A stretch of 54,490 nt of DNA. Origin: an uncultured Bacilli bacterium (GTDB taxonomy: Bacteria; Bacillota_I; Bacilli_A; RF39; UBA660). How positions within the stretch are numbered: the first letter of the stretch is position 1; each line of letters starts with the position of its first letter. Positions 43,275-54,445 of this stretch are shown one piece after another. Position numbers and translations under genes: made by a program. The stretch lies in NCBI GenBank assembly GCA_944358435.1, contig CALVRD010000002.1, positions 1 to 54,490 on the forward strand. The letters run 5' to 3'. The notes under the pieces were generated by a model. The model was given only the letters and a program-made list of their open reading frames with translations, had not been told where the DNA came from and did not search any database.

Positions 43275-44745
43275 TCTTCTCACCTCCATTAGGATTTAAA
43301 TCTAAATTTAATTCTTTTTCAATAAAACTAGCTAGTTGATACATTTTAGCTTCATCAAATGGTTTACCAATTATCTGCAATCCAATTGGTAATTTAGAAT
43401 CCGAAAAGCCAATTGGAACACTCATTCCAGGAAGTCCAGCCATATTTACAGGAATAGTTAAAATATCATCTAAGAATGATTTAATGGCATCATCTAGTCC
43501 TTTATCTAATTCATAGGCAGTTGTTGTGTTAGTTGGTCCAATAATTAAATCATATTTTTCAAAAGTAGCTAAGAAATTTCTGCGTAAGTCATCTCTTATC
43601 TTTAAAGCTTTATCATAATATTCTTTAGCATTTTTGCCACTTAGTAAATAACTGCCAATCATGATACGACGTTTTACTTCAGGACCAAATCCTATTTTTC
43701 GACTTTTTAAATATAAATCTTCAATATTTTCTGGTGTTTCATAACTATATCCATAACGAATGCCATCATATCTAGCTAGATTTGAACTAGCTTCTCCCAT
43801 AGCTATAATTTGATATAGTGGTACGGCTTTATCAATATAGTTAATGTCTACGTAATCAATTGTACAATTTTTCTTTTTTAATAGTTCAACTACTTCATTT
43901 AATTTATTTATTATTTCTTTATCAATAGCGTCATTAACATAATAGTTTGGAATGGCTATTTTCATATTTGATATGTCTTTACCAATTAATCTTGTAAAGT
44001 CCTCATTAGTTTCAACACTAGTTAAGTCATTAGAACTTTTTCCACAGATTGTGTTTAAAAGTAGAGCATTTTCATAGACATTTCTAGTCATAGGGCCAAT
44101 TTGATCTAGACTTGAGGCAAAGGCAATTAGTCCATATCTTGATACTCGTCCATAAGTAGGTTTTAATCCAACTACTCCACAGAAGCTTGCTGGTTGCCGA
44201 ATTGATCCACCAGTATCAGAGCCTATTGCTAGTGGTACTATTCGACTGCTTACTGCAGCAGCACTACCACCACTTGATCCTCCTGGAACACGGTTTTTAT
44301 CCCATGGGTTTTTAACTAGGCCAAAATATGAAGTTCTATTTGAAGACCCCATAGCGAATTCATCCATATTTGTCTTACCAATTATAATCATATTAGCATC
44401 TTTAATTTTCTTGATGACATCAGCATCATAAATTGGATTAAAATTTTCTAACATTTTAGAAGCGGCTGTTGTTCTTAAATCCTTAGTAACAATATTATCT
44501 TTAATAGCAATAGGTATACCAAATGTTAGACTATCAACTTCTTTTTGTTCTAGTTCTTTAGCTTGTTTTAATGCTTCTTCTTTGTTAAGCGTAATAAAAC
44601 TATTTAGTTCTTTATTTTTCTCAACTCGATCAAACGCTTCTAAAACTAAATCAGTTGGTGTTATTTTCTTTTCTTTAAATAATTTATTTATTTCAATTAA
44701 TGATAGATCTAAATAATTATGCACTTGCCTCACCTGTCTCTCCAA
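43267..44745 (-). CDS. gatA: Glutamyl-tRNA(Gln) amidotransferase subunit A
   Basis: The amidase signature is GGSSGGSAAAV...GSDTGGSIRQPASFCG. The exact start is uncertain: TTG at 44745 per the ORF track, or GTG at 44733 or 44724. All overlap the end of gatC. Confidence 0.9.
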   Translation of the reverse strand: MERQVRQVHNYLDLSLIEINKLFKEKKITPTDLVLEAFDRVEKNKELNSFITLNKEEALKQAKELEQKEVDSLTFGIPIAIKDNIVTKDLRTTAASKMLENFNPIYDADVIKKIKDANMIIIGKTNMDEFAMGSSNRTSYFGLVKNPWDKNRVPGGSSGGSAAAVSSRIVPLAIGSDTGGSIRQPASFCGVVGLKPTYGRVSRYGLIAFASSLDQIGPMTRNVYENALLLNTICGKSSNDLTSVETNEDFTRLIGKDISNMKIAIPNYYVNDAIDKEIINKLNEVVELLKKKNCTIDYVDINYIDKAVPLYQIIAMGEASSNLARYDGIRYGYSYETPENIEDLYLKSRKIGFGPEVKRRIMIGSYLLSGKNAKEYYDKALKIRDDLRRNFLATFEKYDLIIGPTNTTTAYELDKGLDDAIKSFLDDILTIPVNMAGLPGMSVPIGFSDSKLPIGLQIIGKPFDEAKMYQLASFIEKELNLDLNPNGGEKND

Positions 44746-45031
44746 TTACTACTGGTACTGAAAAATAATTTCCACTACTACGTGGAGCATTTTTTAGAGC
44801 TTCTCTTGGTTCTAACATTTCTCCAGCTGTGTCTTCTCTTAATTTGCATTTATTTTCTGTTGGGCAAATTAGCATTCCTTCATCATATGATGTTACTTCA
44901 TTTATTTTTTCAATTTCATTTAATATTTGTTTTAATTTTACTTGATACATAGCTAATTCTTCCTCATCTATTTCAATACGAGCAAGATTAGCTACATGTA
45001 ATACTTCTTCTCTTGTTAGTTTTTCTTCCAT
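44717..45031 (-). CDS. gatC: Glutamyl-tRNA(Gln) amidotransferase subunit C
   Basis: The ~100-aa protein begins LTREEVLHVANLARIEIDEEEL and is first in the gatCAB order. The RBS is AAAGGAGGG. Confidence 0.9.
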   Translation of the reverse strand: MEEKLTREEVLHVANLARIEIDEEELAMYQVKLKQILNEIEKINEVTSYDEGMLICPTENKCKLREDTAGEMLEPREALKNAPRSSGNYFSVPVVIGETGEASA

Positions 45032-45054
45032 AAAGGCCCTCCTTTAACTTCTAT

Positions 45055-45083
45055 ATTATACCATGTTGAATATTTGTTGTAAA
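45055..45083 (-). promoter_or_regulatory. SigmaA-type promoter of gatCAB
   Basis: The minus strand reads TTTACA-17 nt-TGgTATAAT about 23 nt upstream of the gatC start. Confidence 0.6.
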
Positions 45084-45120
45084 TTACAGATTTTCAAGTA
45101 GAAATATCTGAACTTAGTAA

Positions 45121-45157
45121 ATTATAAAACCCCAATTGAGTTTATTCAACTAGGGTT
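45121..45157 (-). terminator. Candidate intrinsic terminator after the 240-aa gene
   Basis: An imperfect 13-bp stem AACCCTAGTTGAA / CTCAATTGGGGTT (two G-U or mismatch positions) is followed on the minus strand by TTTTATAAT. Confidence 0.45.
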
Positions 45158-45172
45158 ATTTGGGTTTAGTTT

Positions 45173-45895
45173 CTACTGTTCATCAAAACAATTACTCATG
45201 TAAAGAGTTCTATTTTTAGTATCTGTTTTTGGTTCAAAATCTGTTACTGTTCCAACAACTGTTATTTGATTATTTCCTTCTGGGTATTCAGGAATATTAA
45301 TTTCTTCTCCCATTGTACATACAATATCTAAATTATATTTACCATCTTCATCAATGTACGCAAGAGTTAATTTATTGTTTGTCTCATCTTTATTTACAAA
45401 TGTACCATTTACTCTTAAGAATTTTTTATAAAATTTAAAATAAGCTTTTTTTGGATTGTTTGTAAATTCAATGGCTAAGTCTAGGGATGATAAATTAGTA
45501 GGATTTGAGTTATATTTTAAACCCCAAGTTCCAATTTCCATACCTTTTTTTCCGCGAATTAAATTATATTTAATTACTTTATAACCAATTCCATAGTATA
45601 CTTTACTTCCACCATCTTTATAGACTGCTGTTTTAATCGCAAAGAATGGTCCTTTATCATATTTAGCTACACAAACAATATCTATAGAAATTATAGTAAT
45701 TAATATAATTAAAATGACAAAAACTATGTTTATTATTAGTTTTGCTTTATTTTTCTTTTTTGGAGAAGATTTTTTTTCTGCTTCATTTAACTCTTCATCT
45801 TCAATTATTGGTTGATCAAACTCTTCTGCTTTCTCTAAATCGTCAAGTGGTTTTTCTTTATATTCTTCAATTGTTAAATTCTTCTTTTTATTCAT
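45173..45895 (-). CDS. Hypothetical bitopic membrane protein, 240 aa: acidic cytoplasmic N-terminus, one TM, extracytoplasmic domain
   Basis: The start ATG at 45895 has AGGTGA 5 nt upstream. The ORF-track GTG at 45904 lies inside that RBS. The TM is LIINIVFVILIILITIISIDIV. Confidence 0.65.
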   Translation of the reverse strand: MNKKKNLTIEEYKEKPLDDLEKAEEFDQPIIEDEELNEAEKKSSPKKKNKAKLIINIVFVILIILITIISIDIVCVAKYDKGPFFAIKTAVYKDGGSKVYYGIGYKVIKYNLIRGKKGMEIGTWGLKYNSNPTNLSSLDLAIEFTNNPKKAYFKFYKKFLRVNGTFVNKDETNNKLTLAYIDEDGKYNLDIVCTMGEEINIPEYPEGNNQITVVGTVTDFEPKTDTKNRTLYMSNCFDEQ

Positions 45896-45967
45896 TTTTT
45901 TCACCTATTTTCTTTCCCTTTAGCTGGTGCTAATTTTATCATATTTAAAGCATATTGTAAATATTTA

Positions 45968-47962
<1,995 letters not shown>

Positions 47963-47982
47963 TTAAAACTTTATTTGTTCTA

Positions 47983-48903
47983 TTAGTTTTCCCATAAATT
48001 ATTAGGATAAGTATTATCTGATACCATACTCGCTAAAGCTTTTTTTACACTATCGGCATCTTCTTTATAAGTTACACCATACCAAGTAGCTTTTGTTTTT
48101 AAGACTTTAGCAGTAGCATAATTTTCTTTAATTGCTTTAAATAGAACATCGGGTATTAGATATTCACACTTTTCCATATTATCTTTATTAGAATCTAAGA
48201 AATCTTTAAAGTTATTTTCAATGTAATTAAAGATACTTGGTGTAAATAATAACATGTTCATTGAAACAGTATCATTTTCATCCACTTCAAATGCAGCATT
48301 GCCATTTAATGGTGTCGCAATTATTTTTCCATTATCGACTCTTTCTATTGAACTTTCAATTATTTCTTTTAGATATTCATTTTCTACCTTACATACACCA
48401 CGTTTTACAGAACCATTTTCCGTAATAGTATTTTTAACTAAGTAACCAACCATTCCATATTGATAAGGAATTGTATCTTTAGTATTTCTTAAAAATTCTG
48501 CTGCTTTAACATAGGCATCTCGACCATAGAAGTCATCAGCATTTATCATCATAAATGGTTCATGAACTTTATCTTTACAGCAAAGTATAGCATGAGCTGT
48601 GCCTAATGGTTTTAGCCTATTTTTTGGCACTTCATATCCTATAGGTAAATTGTCATTTTTTTGGAAACAATATTCAACAGCAATATGTGGTTCTACTCTG
48701 GAACCAATTGTTTCTTTAAATAGTTTATAGTTTTCTTCTTTTATTAGGAAGACTATTTTGTTAAATCCTGCTTTAATGGCATCATATACTGAATAGTCAA
48801 TAATAAATTCACCATTTGGACCAAGTGGAGCAATTTGTTTTAGTCCTCCAAAACGGCTTCCCATACCAGCTGCTAAGATTACTAGGGTAAGATCTTTATT
48901 CAT
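47983..48903 (-). CDS. Sugar-phosphate nucleotidyltransferase (NTP_transferase family), specificity unknown
   Basis: The N-terminal motif VILAAGMGSRFGGLKQ and the MINADDFYG segment are present in a ~306-aa product. It lies between pcrA and ligA. Confidence 0.7.
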   Translation of the reverse strand: MNKDLTLVILAAGMGSRFGGLKQIAPLGPNGEFIIDYSVYDAIKAGFNKIVFLIKEENYKLFKETIGSRVEPHIAVEYCFQKNDNLPIGYEVPKNRLKPLGTAHAILCCKDKVHEPFMMINADDFYGRDAYVKAAEFLRNTKDTIPYQYGMVGYLVKNTITENGSVKRGVCKVENEYLKEIIESSIERVDNGKIIATPLNGNAAFEVDENDTVSMNMLLFTPSIFNYIENNFKDFLDSNKDNMEKCEYLIPDVLFKAIKENYATAKVLKTKATWYGVTYKEDADSVKKALASMVSDNTYPNNLWEN

Positions 48904-49073
48904 ATTCTTTTCTCCTTTAACAATAAAGTTATGTATTTTGATACGTAGCTTTATATTTTTTTATTTATTCAAACTAGTTAATTACTAGTTTTCATCATAC
49001 TTTTTATTAATGATGCTTGTTAGTCATTATAATTATAATGATAATTATGTTAGATAATTTTACATTTAGGTAT

Positions 49074-51170
49074 TTAAATCTTTGATAATTTTTTATGATT
49101 TTTCATTAGTTTTTTGATACCATGTGGATGTTTAAATGCAACGCTTACAAGGGTATTTGTTACTTCTACAACTTTACCGGTACCAAATGATTCGTGGTAA
49201 ACTAAGTCTCCTACTTTATAGTCAACTTCTTCTTCTCTAAACATTTCTTTAGTATTAATTTGTTCTTCTTTCTTTGGTAATTCATCCTGAATATTTGTCT
49301 CTATTAAGTTAGGGCTTATTTCACCAATAAAGCGACTTACTGGATTAATTTGTTCATTACCAAATAAAGTTCTACGTCTAGCATTAATCAAGTGAAGGTC
49401 ATCTTTAGCTCTGGTGATTGCTACGTAGCATAGGCGCCTTTCTTCTTCTAGTTCACTATTTTCCATAAGGGAATTCATGTGTGGAAATATTCCTTCTTCC
49501 ATTCCTACTACAAAAACATGATCAAACTCTAGACCTTTGACAGAGTGAACAGTCATTAAACTAATGCGATTAGGATCATCTTTATATTCTTCAACGTCAC
49601 TAATTAAACTTATTTCTAATAGGAAATCTTCTAGAGAGATTAGGCCTTCTCTTTCCTCAAATGATTTAGTTATTGATTTAAATTCTTCTAGGTTTTCTAA
49701 TCTTACTTCTGATTCAAGACTTTTTTCACTTTCTAGTTCGGCTTTCATGCCAGAAGCATCTAGGACTTTATCAATTAATTCAGTTAAGGTTAACTCTTCA
49801 GATATAGCTTTTAATTTTTCAATTGTCTCTTTAAATTCTAGTTCTTTTCCTGATGTTATTGCTTCATAAATACTTGTTCCTTCCTGGTCGGCTTTATCTG
49901 TTAAATTATTAATTGTTTTTAGTCCAATTCCTCTTTTAGGCGTATTGATTACTCTAAGTAAGCTGACATTGTCTTTAATATTATGGATTAATCTTAAGTA
50001 AGCAATTAAGTCTTTAATTTCTTTTCTAGAATAGAAATAGAAACTGCCAATAACACGGTACGGAATATTTTCTTTTAACATTTCTTCTTCTATTACACGA
50101 GACTGGGCATTAGTCCGATAAAGAACGGCTATATCTTTATACTCAACACCACAATTTACTAATTCTTTTGTCTTTCTAATTATGTACTGTGCTTCATCTT
50201 TTTCGTTATAAGCACGATAGTATTTAATTTTTTCTCCTATACCACGAGATGTCCAAAGATTTTTATCTTTACGTTGCTTGTTATTTCTAATAACTTGGTT
50301 AGCAGCATCTAGTATATTACTAGTAGAACGATAATTTTCTTCTAGAAGAATGGTTTTAGCATCTTTATAATCTTTTTCAAAATTTAAAATATTTTTATAA
50401 TTAGCACCTCTAAAACTATAAATACTCTGAGAATCATCACCGACACAAGTAATTTTACGATTTTTCTCACTAATCATCTTTGTTAGAATATACTGAGCTT
50501 CATTAGTATCTTGATACTCATCAATTAAAATATATTGATATAAGTTTTGATATCTTTCTAAAATATCTGGATGTTCTTTAAATAGTTTGATTGGTAAAAG
50601 TAGTAAATCATCAAAATCTACGGAATTATTCTTGCGCAGTTTTTCATCATACTTTTCATAAACTTCATGAACTATCTTTTCATATTCGCTGATTGCATAT
50701 CTTTCATATACTTGAGGCGACATCATTTCATTTTTACAACTACTTATCTTATTTCTAATAGCTCGTGGATTATATGATTTAGGATCACAATTCATGTCCT
50801 TTAATATCTTCTTTACTACAGTTAAAGAATCATCACTATCCATAATTACAAAATTAGATTCATAACCTAATGCACTGTAATTTTCACGTAAAAGTTTTAA
50901 TCCAAAACTATGAAAAGTTGAAACTTGAACATTTTTAGCTATATCACCTATTAATAGATAAAGTCTATCTTTCATTTCTTTAGCAGCTTTATTAGTAAAA
51001 GTAATTGCTAAAACATTGTATGGTCGAGCATAATTTTCTTCAATTAAATAGGCTATTTTAGTAGTTAATGTCTTGGTCTTTCCCGCACCAGCTCCAGCTA
51101 TTATTAATAGTGGTCCATCATTATATAAAACTGCTTCTTTTTGTCTATCATTTAAATTATCTATATTCAT
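49074..51170 (-). CDS. pcrA: ATP-dependent DNA helicase PcrA (UvrD family)
   Basis: Motifs are IIAGAGAGKTKTLT, TFTNKAAKEM, IDEYQDTN, GDDSQSIYSFRGA, YRSTSNIL, TVHSVKGLEF and VAITRAKDDL. Confidence 0.95.
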   Translation of the reverse strand: MNIDNLNDRQKEAVLYNDGPLLIIAGAGAGKTKTLTTKIAYLIEENYARPYNVLAITFTNKAAKEMKDRLYLLIGDIAKNVQVSTFHSFGLKLLRENYSALGYESNFVIMDSDDSLTVVKKILKDMNCDPKSYNPRAIRNKISSCKNEMMSPQVYERYAISEYEKIVHEVYEKYDEKLRKNNSVDFDDLLLLPIKLFKEHPDILERYQNLYQYILIDEYQDTNEAQYILTKMISEKNRKITCVGDDSQSIYSFRGANYKNILNFEKDYKDAKTILLEENYRSTSNILDAANQVIRNNKQRKDKNLWTSRGIGEKIKYYRAYNEKDEAQYIIRKTKELVNCGVEYKDIAVLYRTNAQSRVIEEEMLKENIPYRVIGSFYFYSRKEIKDLIAYLRLIHNIKDNVSLLRVINTPKRGIGLKTINNLTDKADQEGTSIYEAITSGKELEFKETIEKLKAISEELTLTELIDKVLDASGMKAELESEKSLESEVRLENLEEFKSITKSFEEREGLISLEDFLLEISLISDVEEYKDDPNRISLMTVHSVKGLEFDHVFVVGMEEGIFPHMNSLMENSELEEERRLCYVAITRAKDDLHLINARRRTLFGNEQINPVSRFIGEISPNLIETNIQDELPKKEEQINTKEMFREEEVDYKVGDLVYHESFGTGKVVEVTNTLVSVAFKHPHGIKKLMKNHKKLSKI

Positions 51171-51193
51171 TTTTATACCTACTTCCTAATAAT

Positions 51194-51222
51194 ATTATAA
51201 CTTACTTCAGATAGATTGGCAA
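51194..51222 (-). promoter_or_regulatory. SigmaA-type promoter of pcrA
   Basis: The minus strand reads TTGCCA-17 nt-TATAAT about 23 nt upstream of the pcrA ATG. Confidence 0.6.
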
Positions 51223-51231
51223 TTTTAAGGT

Positions 51232-51260
51232 AAAGAAAAAATCCCTAAATTTTTAGGGAT
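51232..51260 (-). terminator. Intrinsic terminator after the 290-aa membrane protein gene
   Basis: The stem is ATCCCTAAA / TTTAGGGAT (9 bp), followed on the minus strand by TTTTTTCTTT. Confidence 0.7.
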
Positions 51261-51283
51261 AATTTACTACAATATAAATATTT

Positions 51284-52156
51284 TTATCTTACAGTTTTAT
51301 ATAATTGTTGTAACTCATAAAATTTTGCATTTTCCTTATCAAGTTTAGCGGCTCTTTCTTTTTCTTGTTGTTCTTTTTGCTTCTGTTTTTTTAAAAGACT
51401 TAATAGTAATTTATAATCATCTAGTGTTAATAAATCATCGTAAGACTTAGTATCTACTTTTTCAACTTCTACCTTGTTTGTATTAGTTTTTACAACATAT
51501 GGTACTGGAATTTGACGATATAATTTTGGTTCTTCTTTTATTAATGTTTTTTCAGTTTTTACTTGAAGTGGTTTTGTAATTTTAGGCTGTGGTTTTATAA
51601 TTAACGATTTAATAACTTTATATATTGTTAAAAACAATAGCCAAACTATAAATATGAGGCTTGATAGTTCAATTAAAGCTTGGGCATTTAAATTACTATA
51701 AACTGAGCTTTGATTAAAGACATCTAGTTTATTTTCACTAATTATATTTAAGATTATAATTAGTAAATAAGTCATTGCACAATATACTATAGTATTTATG
51801 TTTTTTATGAAGTTAGGTATTTTATAATTGAATATACTAATCCACATTACAATATTTACTGTAATTATTGCACCTAAGTATATGGCTAAGTTAGGGAAAT
51901 AGATAACTACGAATAAATTGTTCATCATATAATCAAACATATTTCCTAGACTATTACGATATGCATAAATCATTAGTCCAACTATAATTAGATAAATTCC
52001 TAAAGATATTTTTTTAGTATTTTTGGCATATTTTTTCTTTGACGTTAGAATATAGCAGACAAATAGTAATGCTAAGAAAACTAAAATGTATTCTTTTGAT
52101 GAATTAATTATATCTAGTAAGACACTTAATTTGTCTATGAATGATAATTTCATCAT
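51284..52156 (-). CDS. Hypothetical polytopic membrane protein, 290 aa, with a charged coiled-coil C-terminus
   Basis: It has five or six hydrophobic helices and a K/E/Q-rich tail (LLKKQKQKEQQEKERAAKLDKENAKFYELQQ). I found no assignable motif. Confidence 0.6.
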   Translation of the reverse strand: MMKLSFIDKLSVLLDIINSSKEYILVFLALLFVCYILTSKKKYAKNTKKISLGIYLIIVGLMIYAYRNSLGNMFDYMMNNLFVVIYFPNLAIYLGAIITVNIVMWISIFNYKIPNFIKNINTIVYCAMTYLLIIILNIISENKLDVFNQSSVYSNLNAQALIELSSLIFIVWLLFLTIYKVIKSLIIKPQPKITKPLQVKTEKTLIKEEPKLYRQIPVPYVVKTNTNKVEVEKVDTKSYDDLLTLDDYKLLLSLLKKQKQKEQQEKERAAKLDKENAKFYELQQLYKTVR

Positions 52157-52198
52157 AGCCCATCCCCCCTAAATTTATTCTTTTTATCTTTTTATTCT

Positions 52199-52840
52199 TT
52201 ATTGTTCAGTAACTTCTTGTAACTCAGCAATATAAATTGTTTGTGTTTTTGAGTCGTTATTTGTACAAGTTACTAGTGTTAAGGTTGTTTTATCGTAGTT
52301 ACGATAAATTGCTATTGTACCTATCTTTGGATGTTGATATATATTAACAATTTTATAAGTATATTTTTTATTTTTATATGTTACGGTGGCTACATCACCT
52401 TTGTTTAGTTTATATAGGTCGTTAAAAAAAGCATTCCAACCAGTACCTGAGTGTCCTGCTATGATAAAGTTTCCTTTTTCAACGTCAGGATAGTTTGATC
52501 CTTCAACTACTAAAATGTTTTTATCAACATTGTTTTCAGTTGAACGTTTATCAAGAAATCCTTTTGTCAAATTGATTTTAGGTATATTTAAATATCCTAT
52601 GTAATCATTTGTAACTGGTCCTTCATCGGTCCCTTCTGTAATCTTTCTTCCGTCTTCTTCTATAAAGAAGTCTTCATTATTGGTATAGAAGATATTAGCC
52701 ATATAGTCAAAGGCCATTATCTTTTTAGATTGAATATAGTTATAAGAAAGAAAGAATCCTCCAATAAGTATTGTCACGGCAGAAATTGCTGCTAAAACAC
52801 TAGGAGAAATTCTTTTTTCATTTTTATTATCTATTGGCAT
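52199..52840 (-). CDS. Sortase-family transpeptidase (dedicated to the upstream adhesin)
   Basis: It has an N-terminal TM, the catalytic His in FIIAGHSG and the Cys in TLTLVTCT (TLxTC motif). It overlaps the adhesin gene by 14 nt. Confidence 0.8.
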   Translation of the reverse strand: MPIDNKNEKRISPSVLAAISAVTILIGGFFLSYNYIQSKKIMAFDYMANIFYTNNEDFFIEEDGRKITEGTDEGPVTNDYIGYLNIPKINLTKGFLDKRSTENNVDKNILVVEGSNYPDVEKGNFIIAGHSGTGWNAFFNDLYKLNKGDVATVTYKNKKYTYKIVNIYQHPKIGTIAIYRNYDKTTLTLVTCTNNDSKTQTIYIAELQEVTEQ

Positions 52841-54347
52841 ATTTATAAATAAATACAGCTGTAGAACCGATTATTATTAGACCAATTATTGTCATTATTA
52901 TTGAGTTATCACTAGCAGTATCAGGTACTTTTACTTTTGGATAGTTATAGAAATTAACTTGGAATGATAAATGTTCATCATTAATTGTAAATTTTATAAC
53001 ATCGTTTACTTTTTCATATCCTTCAGGTGCTTTTTCTTCTTCTACTGTATATGTATCGTATGGTAATCCTGTAATTGAATATGATTCAGTAGTTGTTTCA
53101 AATCTTGTAATAACTTCACCTTTAGAATTTTTTAAAACGAGAACTGCACCAGCTAATGGTTTATCTGTTGATTTATCAAGTTTTGTTATTGTTACAACAC
53201 TTACTTTTGGCTCATTATTTACTTTTACTAAAATATTTTTTGTTTCATCTGTAATTGTAAATTTAATTGGTGTTGTAATTTTTTTGTATCCATTTGGTGC
53301 TTTCTTTTCTTCTACTGTATAGGTACCATTGCTTAAATTTCTTATTACATGATTATTAGTTGTAGAAGTCCAACTTGTAATTACATTTCCAGCAGCATCT
53401 TTTAATACTAATTCTGCTCCAGCTAATGGTTTACCTGTTGTTTTATCCAACTTTACAATAGAAACTTTTGATGAAGATATATTTAAGTTTAGACTTGATG
53501 ATACATCTTCTGTTGTTGGATAAAGAATTGCTGGCATAACATTTTGCATTCCAGGATTTGTTGGTTTATATTCATATGCTTTATTAATTGTTGCTTTGGC
53601 ATTTACTGTTACTTTTATAGTTGTTGTGGTATTGTTAATTTCAGATACAGGTATTTTTACTTTGAACTTTTCTGTTGGAGCAAACGTTGTTTTTTCTTCT
53701 CCATTGGCTCCTATTACAATTGCTCCTTTTGATACTGAAACTGTATATGCTGTAATATTTGATGCTGTTACTGATAAGTTTCCAGATATGTAATATTTTT
53801 TATCTGATGATAATTCCATATTTTCAGATGTTGCATTTACTTTTATTGCCCCTTTAGGGTATCCTTCTTCTTTTCTTTTTTTAGCATTATCAACTAAGGA
53901 TTTTACATGCTTACGGATTCCATTTGGATCAGCGGCATTTACTTTGAAATCTGAGCCTAGGTTACCAGTACCAGCAGTTTCATCTAAATACCACCATATT
54001 GCTGTTTGAGTAATATAGTAATCTTTTAGACGATCTCCTGTAATACTTTTATGTGGATAACCATTTTCGATTATGTAGGCAAATCCTGCATCTTTTTCAC
54101 CTACTAATGTGGCTGTTATATTTTCAGCTGTTAATTTTGTTCTATCTAAGCAGTATACATAATCTCCAGATGTTGTCATTTTAGTTTGAAATCCAATTCC
54201 TGCTAAATAGGCATCTACTTTTTCACCACTACCTAAATTAATAGTTTGTGGTACAGCATTAACGTTAATAGCATTTCCAAAAAATAAAACGCAAGTTAAC
54301 ATTAAAGATAAAATTGAATTTAAATTTTTAATTATGTTCTTTTTCAT
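52827..54347 (-). CDS. Cell-surface adhesin: signal peptide, TQxA/thioester-type N-terminal domain, Ig-like middle domain, two SpaA/Cna-B-type repeats, and a C-terminal sorting signal with VPDTA instead of LPXTG
   Basis: The signal peptide is MKKNIIKNLNSILSLMLTCVLFFGNAINVNA. The thioester-type motifs are VYCLD (Cys66) and YITQTAIWWY (Gln114). The C-terminus has KVPDTASDNS, then the hydrophobic IIMTIIGLIIIGSTAVFIY, then KYANR. Confidence 0.8.
   Translation of the reverse strand: MKKNIIKNLNSILSLMLTCVLFFGNAINVNAVPQTINLGSGEKVDAYLAGIGFQTKMTTSGDYVYCLDRTKLTAENITATLVGEKDAGFAYIIENGYPHKSITGDRLKDYYITQTAIWWYLDETAGTGNLGSDFKVNAADPNGIRKHVKSLVDNAKKRKEEGYPKGAIKVNATSENMELSSDKKYYISGNLSVTASNITAYTVSVSKGAIVIGANGEEKTTFAPTEKFKVKIPVSEINNTTTTIKVTVNAKATINKAYEYKPTNPGMQNVMPAILYPTTEDVSSSLNLNISSSKVSIVKLDKTTGKPLAGAELVLKDAAGNVITSWTSTTNNHVIRNLSNGTYTVEEKKAPNGYKKITTPIKFTITDETKNILVKVNNEPKVSVVTITKLDKSTDKPLAGAVLVLKNSKGEVITRFETTTESYSITGLPYDTYTVEEEKAPEGYEKVNDVIKFTINDEHLSFQVNFYNYPKVKVPDTASDNSIIMTIIGLIIIGSTAVFIYKYANR
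52937..53474 (-). repeat. Tandem duplication encoding two ~88-aa SpaA/Cna-B-type (prealbumin-like) domains within the adhesin
   Basis: The first repeat is VSIVKLDKTTGKPLAGAELVLKDAAGNVITSW...GTYTVEEKKAPNGYKK. The second is VTITKLDKSTDKPLAGAVLVLKNSKGEVITRF...DTYTVEEEKAPEGYEK. Coordinates are approximate. Confidence 0.7.
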
Positions 54348-54380
54348 TTTCTATCCCCCTCATTTATTTAATGTGGCTTT

Positions 54381-54409
54381 ATTATAACACTTTTTGCTCA
54401 AAAAAGCAA
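54381..54409 (-). promoter_or_regulatory. Candidate promoter of the adhesin-sortase operon
   Basis: The minus strand reads TTGCTT-17 nt-TGtTATAAT about 30 nt upstream of the start. The -35 overlaps the upstream terminator stem. Confidence 0.5.
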
Positions 54410-54425
54410 GTAGAACTTGCTTTCA
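54397..54425 (-). terminator. Intrinsic terminator of the gene that ends at the right window edge
   Basis: The stem is AAAGCAAGT / ACTTGCTTT (9 bp, 3-nt loop), followed on the minus strand by a T-run (TTTTTTGAG). Confidence 0.65.
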
Positions 54426-54445
54426 GAACTCTTTTAACCTATCTT

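Noticed and set aside
48960-49000. The hairpin AAACTAGT..ACTAGTTT between pcrA and the NTP-transferase gene as a possible terminator.
   Set aside because: The 8-bp stem is AT-rich and has no following T-run on the transcribed (minus) strand. Read-through from pcrA into the nucleotidyltransferase gene and ligA seems more likely.
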